Of a stretch of 64,000 nucleotides of DNA, positions 22,127 through 32,561 are shown one piece after another. Positions within the stretch are counted from its first letter, which is position 1, and every line of letters begins with the position of its first letter. The position numbers were made by a program, and so were the translations under genes. A model generated the notes under the pieces. The model saw nothing but the letters and a program-made list of their open reading frames with translations. It had not been told where the DNA came from and ran no database searches. This DNA is from an uncultured Planctomycetales bacterium (lineage in GTDB: Bacteria; Planctomycetota; Planctomycetia; Isosphaerales; Isosphaeraceae): NCBI GenBank assembly GCA_963752755.1, contig CAVVZJ010000014.1:482997-546996 (forward strand). The letters are read 5' to 3'.

Positions 22127-24544
22127 TTAACCGCCCACCTCGGCTGACTCCAACTCCCGAAGGCTGAGGGTCGTCTTCAGGATGGCGTCGGGGTTGAGGG
22201 AGATGCTGTCGATCCCTTGCTCGACCAGGAAGCGTGCGAACTCGGGGTAGTCGCTGGGGGCCTGGCCGCAGATGCCGATCTTGCGGCCGGCGGCGCGGGC
22301 CTTGCGGATGACGGTCGCGATCATCCACTTCACGGCGTCGTCGCGCTCGTCGAAGATGTGGGCGACGATCTCGGAGTCGCGGTCCACGCCGAGAGTGAGC
22401 TGAGTCAGGTCGTTCGAGCCGATCGAGAAGCCATCGAAGACCTCGGCAAACTGCTCGGCGAGGATGACGTTGCTGGGGATCTCGCACATGACATAGACCT
22501 CCAGCCCGTCCACGCCGCGTTTCAAGCCGTGCTTCTCCATCTCGGCCATCACGCAGCGTCCTTCCTCGACGGTCCGGCAGAAGGGGACCATCAGCTTGAC
22601 GTTGGTGAGGCCCATCGTGTCGCGGACCTTCTTCATGGCGCGGCATTCGAGGGCGAAGGCGTCGCGGTAACGGGGGTCGTAGTAGCGCGAGGCGCCGCGG
22701 AAGCCGAGCATCGGGTTTTCCTCGGTCGGCTCGTAGCGACGGCCGCCGATCAGGTTGGCATACTCGTTCGTCTTGAAATCGCTCAGGCGGACGATCACGT
22801 CCTTCGGGTAGAACGCTGCGCCGATCATGGCGACACCCTGAGCCAGCCGATCGACGAAGAATTGCGGCTTGTCGTCGTAACCCGCCGTCAGGTGATCGAC
22901 CTCGTCCCGGACCGATGCCTCCAGCCGGTCGTATTCGAGCAGGGCCTTCGGGTGAACCTTGATGTAGGTCGAGATGATGAACTCCTCACGAGCGAGGCCG
23001 ACGCCGTCATTGGGTAGGAATGAGAGGCGGAAGGCCTCCTCCGGGTTGCCCACGTTCATCATGATTTTCGTCCTGGGGCGGCCGACGTCGCGGAGGTCCT
23101 GACGCTCGACGACGAAGTCGAGCAGACCTTCGTAGACGAACCCGGTGTCTCCCTCGGCGCAGGAGACCGTCACCTCCTGGTCGTCGCGGAGTAACTCGGT
23201 CCCCCGCTCGGTGCCGACGACGGCGGGCAATCCCAGCTCGCGGCTAACAATGGCGGCGTGGCAGGTCCGGCCGCCGCGGTTGGTGACGATGGCGGCGGCC
23301 TTCTTCATCGTCGGTTCCCAGTCGGGATCGGTCTTGTCAGTGACGAGGACCTCGCCGTCGCGGAACTGGTGGAGGTCCTGGACGCGTCGGACGACGCGGA
23401 CGGTCCCCTTGCCGATCTTCTCGCCGACGCTCCGACCGCTCGTCAAGACCTTACCCTTCGACTGAAGGTGGTATTCCTCCAGAGTTTCCGGCTTTCGTTG
23501 CGACTGGACCGTCTCCGGCCGCGCCTGGACGATGAACAGCTCGCCGGTCCGGCCATCCTTGGCCCATTCCATGTCCATCGGCGTCGGATGGGAACGCTTG
23601 GCGCTGTAGTGCTCCTCGATCTGGCAGGCCCAGCGGGCGAGGGCGAGGATGTCGTCGTCATTGATGGCGAAGCGTTTGCGATCGTCGGGGGGGACGGGGA
23701 CGTTCTTCGTCATCTTGCCGCCACCGACGTCGTAGATCAGCTTGAACTCCTTGGTCCCGAGCCGCTTCTCCAGGATCGGGCGGAAGCCCTGGCGGAGCGT
23801 GGGTTTGAAGACTGTATACTCGTCGGGGTTGACGGACCCCTGGACGACGTTCTCGCCGAGGCCGTACGCGGCGTTGATGAGCACGGCGTCGCGGAAGCCG
23901 GTCTCGGTGTCGATCGAGAACATGACCCCGGAGGCCGCCAGGTCCGAGCGGACCATCCGCTGCACGCCGATCGAGAGGCCGACCTGGAAGTGGTCGAACC
24001 CCTTGTCGACCCGATACGAGATGGCGCGGTCGGTGTAGAGCGACGCGAAGCAGCGCTTGCACGTCTCCAGCAAGGCCTCGTGCCCCTGAACGTTCAGGTA
24101 CGTTTCCTGCTGACCGGCGAAGCTGGCGTCGGGCAGGTCCTCGGCGGTGGCGCTGCTGCGGACGGCCACGTCCGCCGGCCCGTTGAGTCCTTCGGAGAGC
24201 TTGTCGTAGCTGGCAACGATCGCCCGGGAGAGATCGTCCGGCAGGTCAGCCGCGAGGATCGCATGACGCGCCTCCCGGCCGCGCTGCCGGAGATTGTCGA
24301 TGTCGCCGGTGTCCAACCCTTGAAGGATTTCGTGGAGCCGGCGGTCGATCCCCGACGCTCTTAAGAAGTCGCGGTAGGCCTCGGCCGTCACGGCGAAACC
24401 ATTGGGAACCTTCACGCCCCGAGGCGTCAACTCGCGGTACATCTCGCCCAGTGAAGCGTTCTTCCCCCCCACGAGGGCGACATCCTCGATGCTGATCTCC
24501 TCGAACCAGCGAATGTGGGGGCTTTGCGATGAGTTGCTCGCCAT
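22127..24544 (-). CDS. ppsA: Phosphoenolpyruvate synthase (pyruvate, water dikinase).
   Basis: MASNSSQSPHIRWFEEISIEDVALVGGKNASLGEMYREL… N-terminus. PEP-utilising His domain …NRGGRTCHAAIVSRELGLPAVVG…. C-terminal PEP/pyruvate-binding TIM domain. SD GAGGAG sits 7 nt upstream of the ATG. Confidence 0.9.
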   Translation of the reverse strand: MASNSSQSPHIRWFEEISIEDVALVGGKNASLGEMYRELTPRGVKVPNGFAVTAEAYRDFLRASGIDRRLHEILQGLDTGDIDNLRQRGREARHAILAADLPDDLSRAIVASYDKLSEGLNGPADVAVRSSATAEDLPDASFAGQQETYLNVQGHEALLETCKRCFASLYTDRAISYRVDKGFDHFQVGLSIGVQRMVRSDLAASGVMFSIDTETGFRDAVLINAAYGLGENVVQGSVNPDEYTVFKPTLRQGFRPILEKRLGTKEFKLIYDVGGGKMTKNVPVPPDDRKRFAINDDDILALARWACQIEEHYSAKRSHPTPMDMEWAKDGRTGELFIVQARPETVQSQRKPETLEEYHLQSKGKVLTSGRSVGEKIGKGTVRVVRRVQDLHQFRDGEVLVTDKTDPDWEPTMKKAAAIVTNRGGRTCHAAIVSRELGLPAVVGTERGTELLRDDQEVTVSCAEGDTGFVYEGLLDFVVERQDLRDVGRPRTKIMMNVGNPEEAFRLSFLPNDGVGLAREEFIISTYIKVHPKALLEYDRLEASVRDEVDHLTAGYDDKPQFFVDRLAQGVAMIGAAFYPKDVIVRLSDFKTNEYANLIGGRRYEPTEENPMLGFRGASRYYDPRYRDAFALECRAMKKVRDTMGLTNVKLMVPFCRTVEEGRCVMAEMEKHGLKRGVDGLEVYVMCEIPSNVILAEQFAEVFDGFSIGSNDLTQLTLGVDRDSEIVAHIFDERDDAVKWMIATVIRKARAAGRKIGICGQAPSDYPEFARFLVEQGIDSISLNPDAILKTTLSLRELESAEVGG

Positions 24545-24574
24545 CACGTTGCTCCTCGGGGGGGAAGCCTCTGC

Positions 24575-24622
24575 GCATGAAAAAAACCCCGTCCGTGTTT
24601 CTTTCACACGGCGGGGCCACCC
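24575..24622 (-). promoter_or_regulatory. Terminator-like hairpin + U7 in the ppsA 5' leader (candidate attenuator).
   Basis: On the coding (minus) strand: GCCCCGCCGTGTGaaagaaaCACGGACGGGGCttttttt, ~45 nt upstream of the ppsA ATG and ~25 nt upstream of the SD. There is no room for a promoter between it and the start. Confidence 0.45.
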
Positions 24623-24938
24623 TAGCCAGCCTCGCGTCACCCCTCGCGAGCGACGACGATCACAACATTCACTCTATCCTCCTCATCCCCGCCGATCAAG
24701 GCGCTCGCTCATTGCGAGTTCGCCCCTCCAGGAATCCCGCTTCCACACTTGACTTCCCTTGCTGATTTGCCAACACTACCGAGCAGATCAAAAACGAAAG
24801 AATTCGGTTCAATATCCCAACCCCCCCCGGCGAACCTTACTATTGAAGCCGAGCCGAGGCTGAACCAAGGGCCGGATCGGTGTGTCAGGGAACGGGCGTC
24901 GTGCCGAAACCAGGGCGTACGCCAGGGAGTCATCGATC

Positions 24939-25187
24939 ATGTCTGCTGCTCCGTATCATCCCAACCCCGCGGCTGGTCTAGCCGTGACGATTCGCAGCCT
25001 CGCGAGCGAGGCTCATCGCATCGTTCACGGTTCAATGCCCGACGAGGGCGAAGTCGAGGCTCTGCTGGCGCGGATTGATCGGGTCCGGCAGAGTCTCGCC
25101 CCGGGGACCCAGGCCGCCATCCGCCGCTGGCTGGAGAGCCTCCGACGCGAGGTCGAGGCGGCGGCCCTGCCGATCGGGCTGTCCTGA
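24939..25187 (+). CDS. Small hypothetical protein (~82 aa).
   Basis: ORF 24882..25187 (MSAAPYHPNPAAGLAVTIRSLASEAHRIVHG…). Weak call; sits between divergent genes. Confidence 0.25.
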   Translation: MSAAPYHPNPAAGLAVTIRSLASEAHRIVHGSMPDEGEVEALLARIDRVRQSLAPGTQAAIRRWLESLRREVEAAALPIGLS

Positions 25188-25203
25188 CGGCCTGAGGACC
25201 GGC

Positions 25204-26259
25204 TCACGAGCCGATTTGACGGAGGCGGGAGTCCTGCCGGACGCTCCAGCACCGCGGCGGACCATCCGGGGAAGGCGCTTCCAGAACAGCCTCGAACCCG
25301 CCCTCCACCGCCCGCAACGAGAGCGGCCAGGACGCCGCCTCGCCCTCCGCCGGGCGGAGGCCCAGCTCCTCCAGGCTCGCGGCCCATCGGCCGTGCTGTT
25401 CCCGGAAGGCACGCTGGGCCGCATAGACGTCCATCAGGCGATTCCGGGCCGCTGTCTCCATCTCCGGGCGTCGCGGCGAATCCCGGGACGGGTCCGCGAC
25501 GAACCGCACCAACCCCCAGCGCTCGGGGCGGTGCATGTCGATGACGCCCTGAGGCGACCAGACCCAGTTGTCTTCGCGAAGCCCGGAGACCTTGCGATAA
25601 CGTCCGCCGACGACCTCGTGGTGCCACTCGACCCGGGAGAAGTTGACCCGCCAGACGTCCCCGTCGCGGGGAGGCGCGGGCCGGTTGGCGTACTCGCCGA
25701 GGACGGACCAGGGGATCGCCATCTCGACCGACCAGCCATGATCCTCGTCCGAGGGGTCGTTGAGGGTGCCGTTCACAGACACGGCCGTCTTCAAGCCGGG
25801 AATCTCCCAGGCGTTGACGGCGGGGCCGCCGTCGCGGTAGGGACGCGGCAGGAAGAGGTCCCACTCGGTATTCAGGGCATTGATCTCGATCTCGTAGTAT
25901 TCGTGATGATCGCCGTCGGGGTCGAGGAAGACTTCAAAGTCGTTATCGTGGAAGATCACCGAGTCATGCTCGCGGAGGGTGCCCCAGACGTGGGGCTCCT
26001 CCAACTCGGCCGCCAGGTAGAAGTAGCGATCGTCCCAGAGCATCTTCGCCCGGGTCCGGAACCGTGGCCTGGGCCGACGGCTCCCCTCGATATCGACGAA
26101 CGTCGCGGTCCATTCCGCCGCACTCCAGGCCGGATCGTCGAGCTTGCCGTCGATCGTGATTGAACTCGTTGCCCGACCGCAACGATACGAGCGGGTGGCG
26201 TCTGGTTCGTCGATGCCGAGCAGAACCAGAACCAGCCCACCGATGCCCAGGAAACTCAT
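25204..26259 (-). CDS. Secreted carbohydrate-binding family 9 (CBM9/DOMON-like) domain protein.
   Basis: Signal/TM [16 protein letters not shown]. …[18 protein letters not shown]… …[37 protein letters not shown]… pattern typical of CBM9-like modules. Confidence 0.6.
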   Translation of the reverse strand: [351 protein letters not shown]

Positions 26260-26507
26260 GGGAGGTCCCCCTCGGCGTGATCCGGCCACGCCCATCGCAA
26301 GATATGGAAGCCCCGGCATTCTGGCCGCAGACGGTTGCCGTTTCAACTGTCGGGAGGACTTTCCTGGCCTGTCTCAAATTACCCAGGTTCGCGATCTTGC
26401 CGGCTCCTGGTTTACCTGGACCCGGCCCCCTGTTACCCTGAACGACTACGGGGTGAAGGCACCCAACGTCCGGTAAGAGAGGCACTTATTTCGTTGGAGA
26501 GTCTTAT

Positions 26508-29046
26508 GAAAGCCAGATGGACGCGTCTACTCTGGGCGTGGCTCCTGGTCGGGATGCTGCCGGCGGCGGACCTCGCCTGGGCGCAGGACGAGCCGAAGGA
26601 GGAGCCGAAGGAGGAAACCACGAAGAGTGAACCGGCCGGTCCGCCGAGATCGGCGAAGGCGACGGGCAAGATCAAGCCGTATGACAAGGTCATCTCCGAC
26701 AAGGCGACGACCTCCGCCGGCCTCTTCCTGGTCCACCGACTCGACGACAAGGTCTTCTACGAGATCCCGACCGAGGAACTCGACCAGGAGATGCTCTGGG
26801 TCACTCACATCGAGCAGACGCAGACCGGCTACGGCTACGGCGGGAGCCCGGTCGGCGATCGGGTCGTCCGCTGGGAGCAGCGCGGCGAGGACATCCTGCT
26901 CCGCGACGTGAAGTATGAGATCCGTGCCGAGGTGGACGATCCGATCAAGAACGCCGTCGAGGCGACGTCGCGTCGAGGCGATCATCTCCGTCTTCCCGGT
27001 GCAGGCCTATGGCAAGGACAAGCGTCCGGTCATCGACGTGACCTCGCTCTTCACCTCCGACCTGCCCGAGTTCAGCGCCAAGGACCGACTCCGGGCGAGC
27101 GGGCCGGACCCGAAGCGGACGTTCATCGAGAAGGTCAAGGCGTTCCCGACGAACATCGAGGCCAAGGTCTTGATGACCTACCGGCCCCCGAGGCTCGCGG
27201 TGGCGGCGGCGTCGCCGTTCGGGCCGTCCGTCGGCGCTCCGACACGGGCGGCGATCACGGTGCTCCTGCACCACAGCATGGTCCGGCTCCCCGAGGAGCC
27301 GATGAAGCCCCGTCGCTACGACGACCGCGTCGGCTACTTCAACGTCTCGTTCGAGGACTACGGCAGTCCCCGAGCACGAGGTCGAGGAGGTCGAGTACAT
27401 CACCCGCTGGCGGCTGGAGAAGAAGGACCCGAAGGCGGATGTCTCCGAGCCGAAGAAGCCGATCGTCTTCTACGTCGGCCGCGAGGTCCCCGAGAAGTGG
27501 CGGCCCTGGGTCAAGCAGGGGATCGAGGCGTGGCAGCCGGCCTTCGAGAAGGCCGGGCTTCAAGAACGCCATCATCGCCAAGGACGCCGCCCTCCGAGCG
27601 CGAGGACCCCGACTGGGACGCCGAGGACGCCCGCTACTCGATCGATCCGCTGGCTTCCCGCCACCATCGAGAACGCGATGGGGCCGCACGTCCACGACCC
27701 CCGGACCGGCGAGATCCTCGAATCCGACATCCTCGTCTATCACAACGTGCTCAAGCTGGCACGCGACTGGTACTTCGTCCAGGCCTCGCCCAACGACGAG
27801 AAGGCCCAGAAGCTGCCGCTCTCGGACGACCTGATCGGCGAGCTGCTGGCCTACGTCGTCTCGCACGAGGTCGGCCACACGCTCGGCTTCCGCCACAACA
27901 TGAAGGCCAGCTCGACCTACACCGTCGAGCAGCTCCGCGACCCCGAGTTCACCAAGAAGTACGGCGTCGAGGCGTCGATCATGGACTACGGCCGGTTCAA
28001 CTACGTCGCCCAGCCCGGCGACGGCGCCCGGCTGATCCCGATCATCGGCCCGTACGACGAGTTCGCCGTCGAGTGGGGCTACACGCCGTTCCCCGACGCC
28101 AAGGACTACGAGGAGGAGAAGAAGGAACTGGACAAGATCGTCGCCCGCCAGCTCGACGACCCGAAGCTCCGCTTCGGCGACCCGAACCCGGTCGAGGACC
28201 CCTCGCAGCAGACCGAGGACCTCGGCTCCGACCCGATCGCGCGCCACCGAGCTTGGCCTGAAGAACATCGACCGCGTCGCCGGCTATCTCGTCAAGGCGA
28301 CCTCGAAGGAGGGCGAGAATTACGACCTGCTCCGCAACATGTACACGCAGCTCATCGACCAGCGCAACCGCGAGCTGGGGCACGTCGCCAACGTCGTCGG
28401 CGGCTTCATCCGGAACAACCTCTGGTATCCGCGAGGGGAAGAAGGTTTATGAGGCCGTCACCCCCGAGCAGCAGAAGAAGGCCGTGCAGTTCCTCGTCGA
28501 ACAGGCCTTCCGGACGCCCGATTCGCTGATCCAGCCCGACATCCTGGATCGTCTGGAGTCGCAGCGGCGCGGCGGACCGCATCCTGGGGGCTCAGCGTTC
28601 GATCCTGAGCCGGTTGCTCAGCGACCTCGCGGCTGAAGCGGATGGCCGAGTTGGCCGACCGCGAGAAGAACGGCGCCTATCGGCCGGCCGAGATGTTGCA
28701 GGACCTTCACGCCGGGATCTGGTCCGAGCTGGAGAAAAGCCCGGTCGCCATCGACCTGTATCGTCGCAACATCCAACGGGTCTATGTGGACTTGCTGACC
28801 TCGGCGCTGGACAACCCGAGCACCGACAGCGACCTGCCGGCCCTCGCCCGCGGCGACCTGGAGCAACTTTTGAAGCAGGTCAACGGCGTCGTCGGAGCCA
28901 ACAAGGAGACGACCCCGATCGCCCGCTTGCACCTGGAGGACATCAAGATCCGCATCGAGCATGCGCTCGATCCGTATCCGTCGATGCCCTCCCAGCGGAC
29001 GGTCATCGAATTCCCCTCCCGACGCGGGCTCGAGACGCTGCCCTGA
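26508..29046 (+). pseudogene. Secreted zinc-dependent metalloprotease (Met-zincin, DUF4953/DUF5117-type), ~845 aa, interrupted by at least 5 frameshifts.
   Basis: Signal peptide MKARWTRLLWAWLLVGMLPAADLAWA. HExxH active site in …LLAYVVSHEVGHTLGFRHNMKAS… …SIMDYGRFNY…. Pieces lie in ORFs 26335..27834, 26915..28261, 27678..28529, 28642..29046 and an unlisted frame (~27370-27560). Confidence 0.6.
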
Positions 29047-29111
29047 GACGACTGGCAGATGGTCGATGGCTCATGGTTCCTGATCAACCATCAGCCATCG
29101 GCCAGGAACCG

Positions 29112-30380
29112 TCAATCCCCGGGCTCGGCGCGCTTCGTGACCGCCAGGAGGAACGTCGGGTTGACCGCCTGGAAGCGGACGCGGTCCATCTGCTCGATGC
29201 CGCGGGCGATCGTGACGTTCCAGAGACGGACCTCGCCGGCCAGGCTCTTGAGAACCTGATGGGCGGTCGCCAGGCCGTCGATGGTGGCGACGTTCGCGGC
29301 GAGGCTACCGCCGGGGGCGAGGCGATCGTAGGCGGCCGTCAAGACTGCGTCCACCTGTCGACCCGTGCCACCGACGAAGACAGCGTCCGGGTCGGGCAGG
29401 CTGGCCAGACACTCCGGGGCGCGACCGGCCACGGGGCGAATATTGGGCACGCCGAACTCCTCGGCGTTGGAGCTGAGCAAGGCGAGGTCACCCGGATCGG
29501 GTTCGATGGCATAAACCGTACCTGCGACGGCGAGCTGTGCGGCCTCGATGGCCACCGAGCCCGAACCGGCGCCGATGTCCCAAACGACACTGTCGGGCCG
29601 GATGTCGAGCTGAGAGAGAGCGATGGCGCGGACCTCGGCCTGGGTGATCAGGCCCCGCTTGGGCTGACTCTGGGCGAAGGCGTCGTCAGGGTTCCCGAAG
29701 AGCCGATGCCGTGCCGAGCGAGCGGCGCGGTCGGGTCGATTTGGCTTGCGGACAAGAATCAGGACGTGAAGCGGAGCAAACTCCAACTGCGCGAGGTCGG
29801 GCAACTCGGCTTGGGTGACGCGCTCGTCGGGCTGTCCGAGATTCTCACAGACGTAGGCCCGGAAATAGTCGATGCCGTGGTCCAGCAGCGCGCGGGCGAG
29901 GCGGGCGGGCGGGCAGTCATCGGAGGAAAAGAGGCCGACCTTGTCGGCGGTCCGGATCCGGTCGATGACCGTTCCCAGCGGGCGGCCGGCGAGGCTGCCG
30001 AGGTAGGCATCTTCCCAGCTCTCCTTGACCCGGGCGAAGGCGAGCTGCATGCTGCTGACGTGCGGCACGACCTCGAAACGGTCCTTGCCGAGTCGCTCGG
30101 TCAGGTAGCGGGCCACGCCGTAAAAGAGCGGGTCGCCATAGCTGACCAGGACCGGCCGACGCGAGGCCGTCAGCGCCTCGCGGACTTGCCGGAGCGCGGC
30201 CGGCATGTCCGGGTCGAGGGCGACCTTCGTCGCCGAAGCTCCCTCCAGCTGGCGCAAGGTAGATTCGGCTCCCAGGATCAGGTCCGCCTCGATCACGAGC
30301 CGGCGAGCGGCTTCGGTCATCCCGGCCAGACCATCGTCACCGATGCCCAGGATCACCAGCTTGCTTTGCGGGTCCGCCAA
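29112..30380 (-). CDS. cobL: Precorrin-6Y C5,15-methyltransferase (decarboxylating), CbiE/CbiT fusion (CobL).
   Basis: N-terminal tetrapyrrole methylase domain (…LVILGIGDDGLAGMTEAARRL…). C-terminal SAM-MTase (…VVWDIGAGSGSVAIEAA…). Intact 422 aa. Confidence 0.8.
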   Translation of the reverse strand: MADPQSKLVILGIGDDGLAGMTEAARRLVIEADLILGAESTLRQLEGASATKVALDPDMPAALRQVREALTASRRPVLVSYGDPLFYGVARYLTERLGKDRFEVVPHVSSMQLAFARVKESWEDAYLGSLAGRPLGTVIDRIRTADKVGLFSSDDCPPARLARALLDHGIDYFRAYVCENLGQPDERVTQAELPDLAQLEFAPLHVLILVRKPNRPDRAARSARHRLFGNPDDAFAQSQPKRGLITQAEVRAIALSQLDIRPDSVVWDIGAGSGSVAIEAAQLAVAGTVYAIEPDPGDLALLSSNAEEFGVPNIRPVAGRAPECLASLPDPDAVFVGGTGRQVDAVLTAAYDRLAPGGSLAANVATIDGLATAHQVLKSLAGEVRLWNVTIARGIEQMDRVRFQAVNPTFLLAVTKRAEPGD

Positions 30381-30681
30381 CGCGAGGTTCCTCCGGTCGA
30401 TTCCCGATCGTTGCGTATCGATCGGCCGGATTGTACCAACGGCCGACCTGATCTTGCCAGGACCGGCTCACCACGCGCACCGGCTACCCGATCTCGCCGA
30501 CCCTCTCCGACGAGTCGTCCGCGAAACGGTGCTCAAGCCTCTCCCCCCGTTCTTGAAGCCTGAGCGCCATCGCGAAAAAATCGCCCTTTCCGCGCGAACA
30601 CGGCGCCGGGGACGGGCGTCTATCGGAGCACAAAGGTCAGCGAGTTCCGGTCCTTTTCTTTGGAATCTCGACGTTCGAAAC

Positions 30682-30753
30682 GTCCTCGGGGTGTGGCGGA
30701 TGGCACACGACCCTGCGAAGGTCGAGGACCAGGTTCGACTCCTGGCGAGGATA
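30682..30753 (+). tRNA. tRNA, anticodon GCG as read (Arg). No encoded CCA.
   Basis: Cloverleaf built by hand. Acceptor gtcctcg/cgaggat (G1·U wobble). D-stem gtgt/gcac. Anticodon stem cgacc/ggtcg with loop cTGCGaa. T-arm ccagg-TTCGACT-cctgg. A GCG anticodon is unusual for bacteria, so verify. Confidence 0.5.
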
Positions 30754-30771
30754 TGAGCATCAGCTCAAAGC

Positions 30772-30842
30772 GACGCTGGAGCCAGACGGCCAGGCAACCG
30801 GCTGCAAACCGGTCGAAGTGGGTTCGACTCCCACCGGCGTCT
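30772..30842 (+). tRNA. tRNA-Cys (GCA).
   Basis: Acceptor gacgctg/cggcgtc with U73 discriminator (Cys identity element). Anticodon stem accgg/ccggt, loop cTGCAaa. T-arm gtggg-TTCGACT-cccac. Confidence 0.7.
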
Positions 30843-30847
30843 CTCGC

Positions 30848-30871
30848 GGCGGTCGGAAGACCGCCGCGCGA
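30848..30871 (+). other. GC-rich hairpin (10-bp stem, GGAA loop) immediately 3' of tRNA-Cys.
   Basis: cgcggcggtc-ggaa-gaccgccgcg; possible processing/termination structure within the tRNA array. Confidence 0.4.
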
Positions 30872-30967
30872 AGCGGTTGATATCGTCGCGCCAGCGGCAC
30901 ACTGGTCTCGTCGTTCGGCGATCGGTGCAGTGTGTTCCGGACATGGGTTCGAAACGGGCGGTATCAG

Positions 30968-31038
30968 GCTGTGTTAGCTCAGAGGTAGAGCACCAGGTTG
31001 TCAACCTGGGGTCACAGGTTCGACTCCTGTACACCCGA
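30968..31038 (+). tRNA. tRNA-Asp (GTC)-like. The acceptor stem pairs only 4/7 as read, so it is possibly a pseudo-tRNA or a sequence error.
   Basis: D-arm tA-GCTC-agaggta-GAGC. Anticodon stem ccagg/cctgg, loop tTGTCaa. T-arm acagg-TTCGACT-cctgt. 5' gctgtgt versus 3' acacccg are not fully complementary. Confidence 0.45.
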
Positions 31039-31447
31039 CCGCGATCGGCCCACGGCCGGTCGCTCACGAGACCGTGAAAACGTCTCAACATGGACCGGAG
31101 GGGGGCGGACGACTGATCGGTTGGCCGTCGGCCAGTGTGGGGTCCTGCAAGGGGCATCGCGAGGTCGGCGGCAGCACGAACGGGTGCCCTGAAGTGGGCG
31201 GATTCCGCCGAAGTCCGCCGTGGGAACGAGGCCGCCGAGGTGTGTCTTCTCTGCCGACCCGTCGGCGCGGGGACGCATCCGAAGCGGCCAAAGCCCGTGG
31301 GGACGTCGGCTCAAGTACCACTCCGCGCCACGCCGTGTGACCAGCGGCCGTTTCGCTTCCCGATGGTCAGACCGAACCAAACCGGCAGAATCGATCGCCG
31401 TTGATCAATAAGTGAGCGTTCGTCATCGCAGGCGAGGAGGTGGGCCA

Positions 31448-32554
31448 ATGTACCTGTTCAAGCGATTCAAGATCCACAACGACGAGATGGGCCTTCACTT
31501 CCACGACGGCGAATTCCGTGGCCTCCTGGGCGCGGGCACGCACTGGATGGTTGACCCATTGAACCGGGCCGTCGTGCAGGTTGTTTCGCGTCGCGAGCCG
31601 CGGCTGGCTCACGAGAAGATGGACGTGATTGTCAAGTCGGGCGTGTTGAAGGGCCAGGCGACGGTGGTTGACTTGAAGGACGACCAGCGTGCCCTGGTCT
31701 GGATCGACGGCCGGTTTGCGTACGTCCTGCCGTCTGGCCTGTTCGCGTTCTGGGAGGGGCCGAGGGACGTGCGCGTCGAGCTGGTGGATGCCCGCCGCGC
31801 CCGCTTCGAGCATCCGGAATTGGGCGTGATCGTGCGATCGCCGGCCGTGACGGCGCTGCTGGAGGTGGTGAACGTTGGTCGCGGCTGCGTGGGCGTGCTA
31901 TTCCTGGACGGCAACTACGCCGAGACGCTGCCTCCCGGCCGTTACGCCTTCTGGCGTGGGGTGGCTGACGCCCGCGTGGTGGAGGTGGACCAGCGGGAGG
32001 CGTCGCTGGACGTCGCCGGTCAGGAGATCATGACAGCCGACAAGGTGACGCTCCGGCTCAACGCCGTCCTGACCTACCGGATCACCGACGCGAAGCGTGC
32101 CGTCTGCGCCGCGGATGATGCGAAGCAGGCTTTGTACCGCGAAGCCCAACTTGCATTGCGGGCGATCGTGGGGGCTCGCGAGCTTGACGTCCTCCTGGCG
32201 GACAAGGACATCGTGGCGCGGGAAGTCGAGGACTGCCTGCGAACCCGGGCGACCGAGTTGGGTGTGCAGGTGCTCTCGGCGGGCGTGCGCGACGTGATCT
32301 TGCCGGGTGACATGAAGGAGCTGATGAACAAGGTCACCGAGGCTCGCAAGGCCGCCGAGGCCAACCTTATCACGCGTCGCGAGGAGACCGCCGCGCTGCG
32401 GTCGCAGGCCAACACGGCGAAGCTCCTAGCCGATAATCCGGTGCTGATGCGGCTCCGAGAGCTGGAAGTCCTGGAGAAGATTGCCGCAACGGGCAAGCTA
32501 AATATCATACTCGGTGAGAAGGGACTGGCCGAGCGTGTGGTCAACCTGATCTGA
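31448..32554 (+). CDS. SPFH/band-7 domain protein (stomatin/flotillin/HflK-C-like) with an N-terminal extension.
   Basis: …RLNAVLTYRITDAKRAV… …VRDVILPGDMKELMNKVTEARKAAEANLITRREETAA… coiled-coil tail typical of the SPFH family. Confidence 0.65.
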   Translation: MYLFKRFKIHNDEMGLHFHDGEFRGLLGAGTHWMVDPLNRAVVQVVSRREPRLAHEKMDVIVKSGVLKGQATVVDLKDDQRALVWIDGRFAYVLPSGLFAFWEGPRDVRVELVDARRARFEHPELGVIVRSPAVTALLEVVNVGRGCVGVLFLDGNYAETLPPGRYAFWRGVADARVVEVDQREASLDVAGQEIMTADKVTLRLNAVLTYRITDAKRAVCAADDAKQALYREAQLALRAIVGARELDVLLADKDIVAREVEDCLRTRATELGVQVLSAGVRDVILPGDMKELMNKVTEARKAAEANLITRREETAALRSQANTAKLLADNPVLMRLRELEVLEKIAATGKLNIILGEKGLAERVVNLI

Positions 32555-32561
32555 GACGACC

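Noticed and set aside
31040-31420. ~370-bp non-coding gap after the tRNA array, considered for tmRNA, RNase P RNA, SRP RNA or 6S RNA
   Set aside because: None of the hallmark conserved blocks I know (RNase P GGAAAGTCCGG…, SRP AGGUCAGGUCCGGAAGGAAGCAGC, tmRNA tag ORF/tRNA-like end) are present. It may still hold an unrecognised sRNA, but there is nothing I can support.
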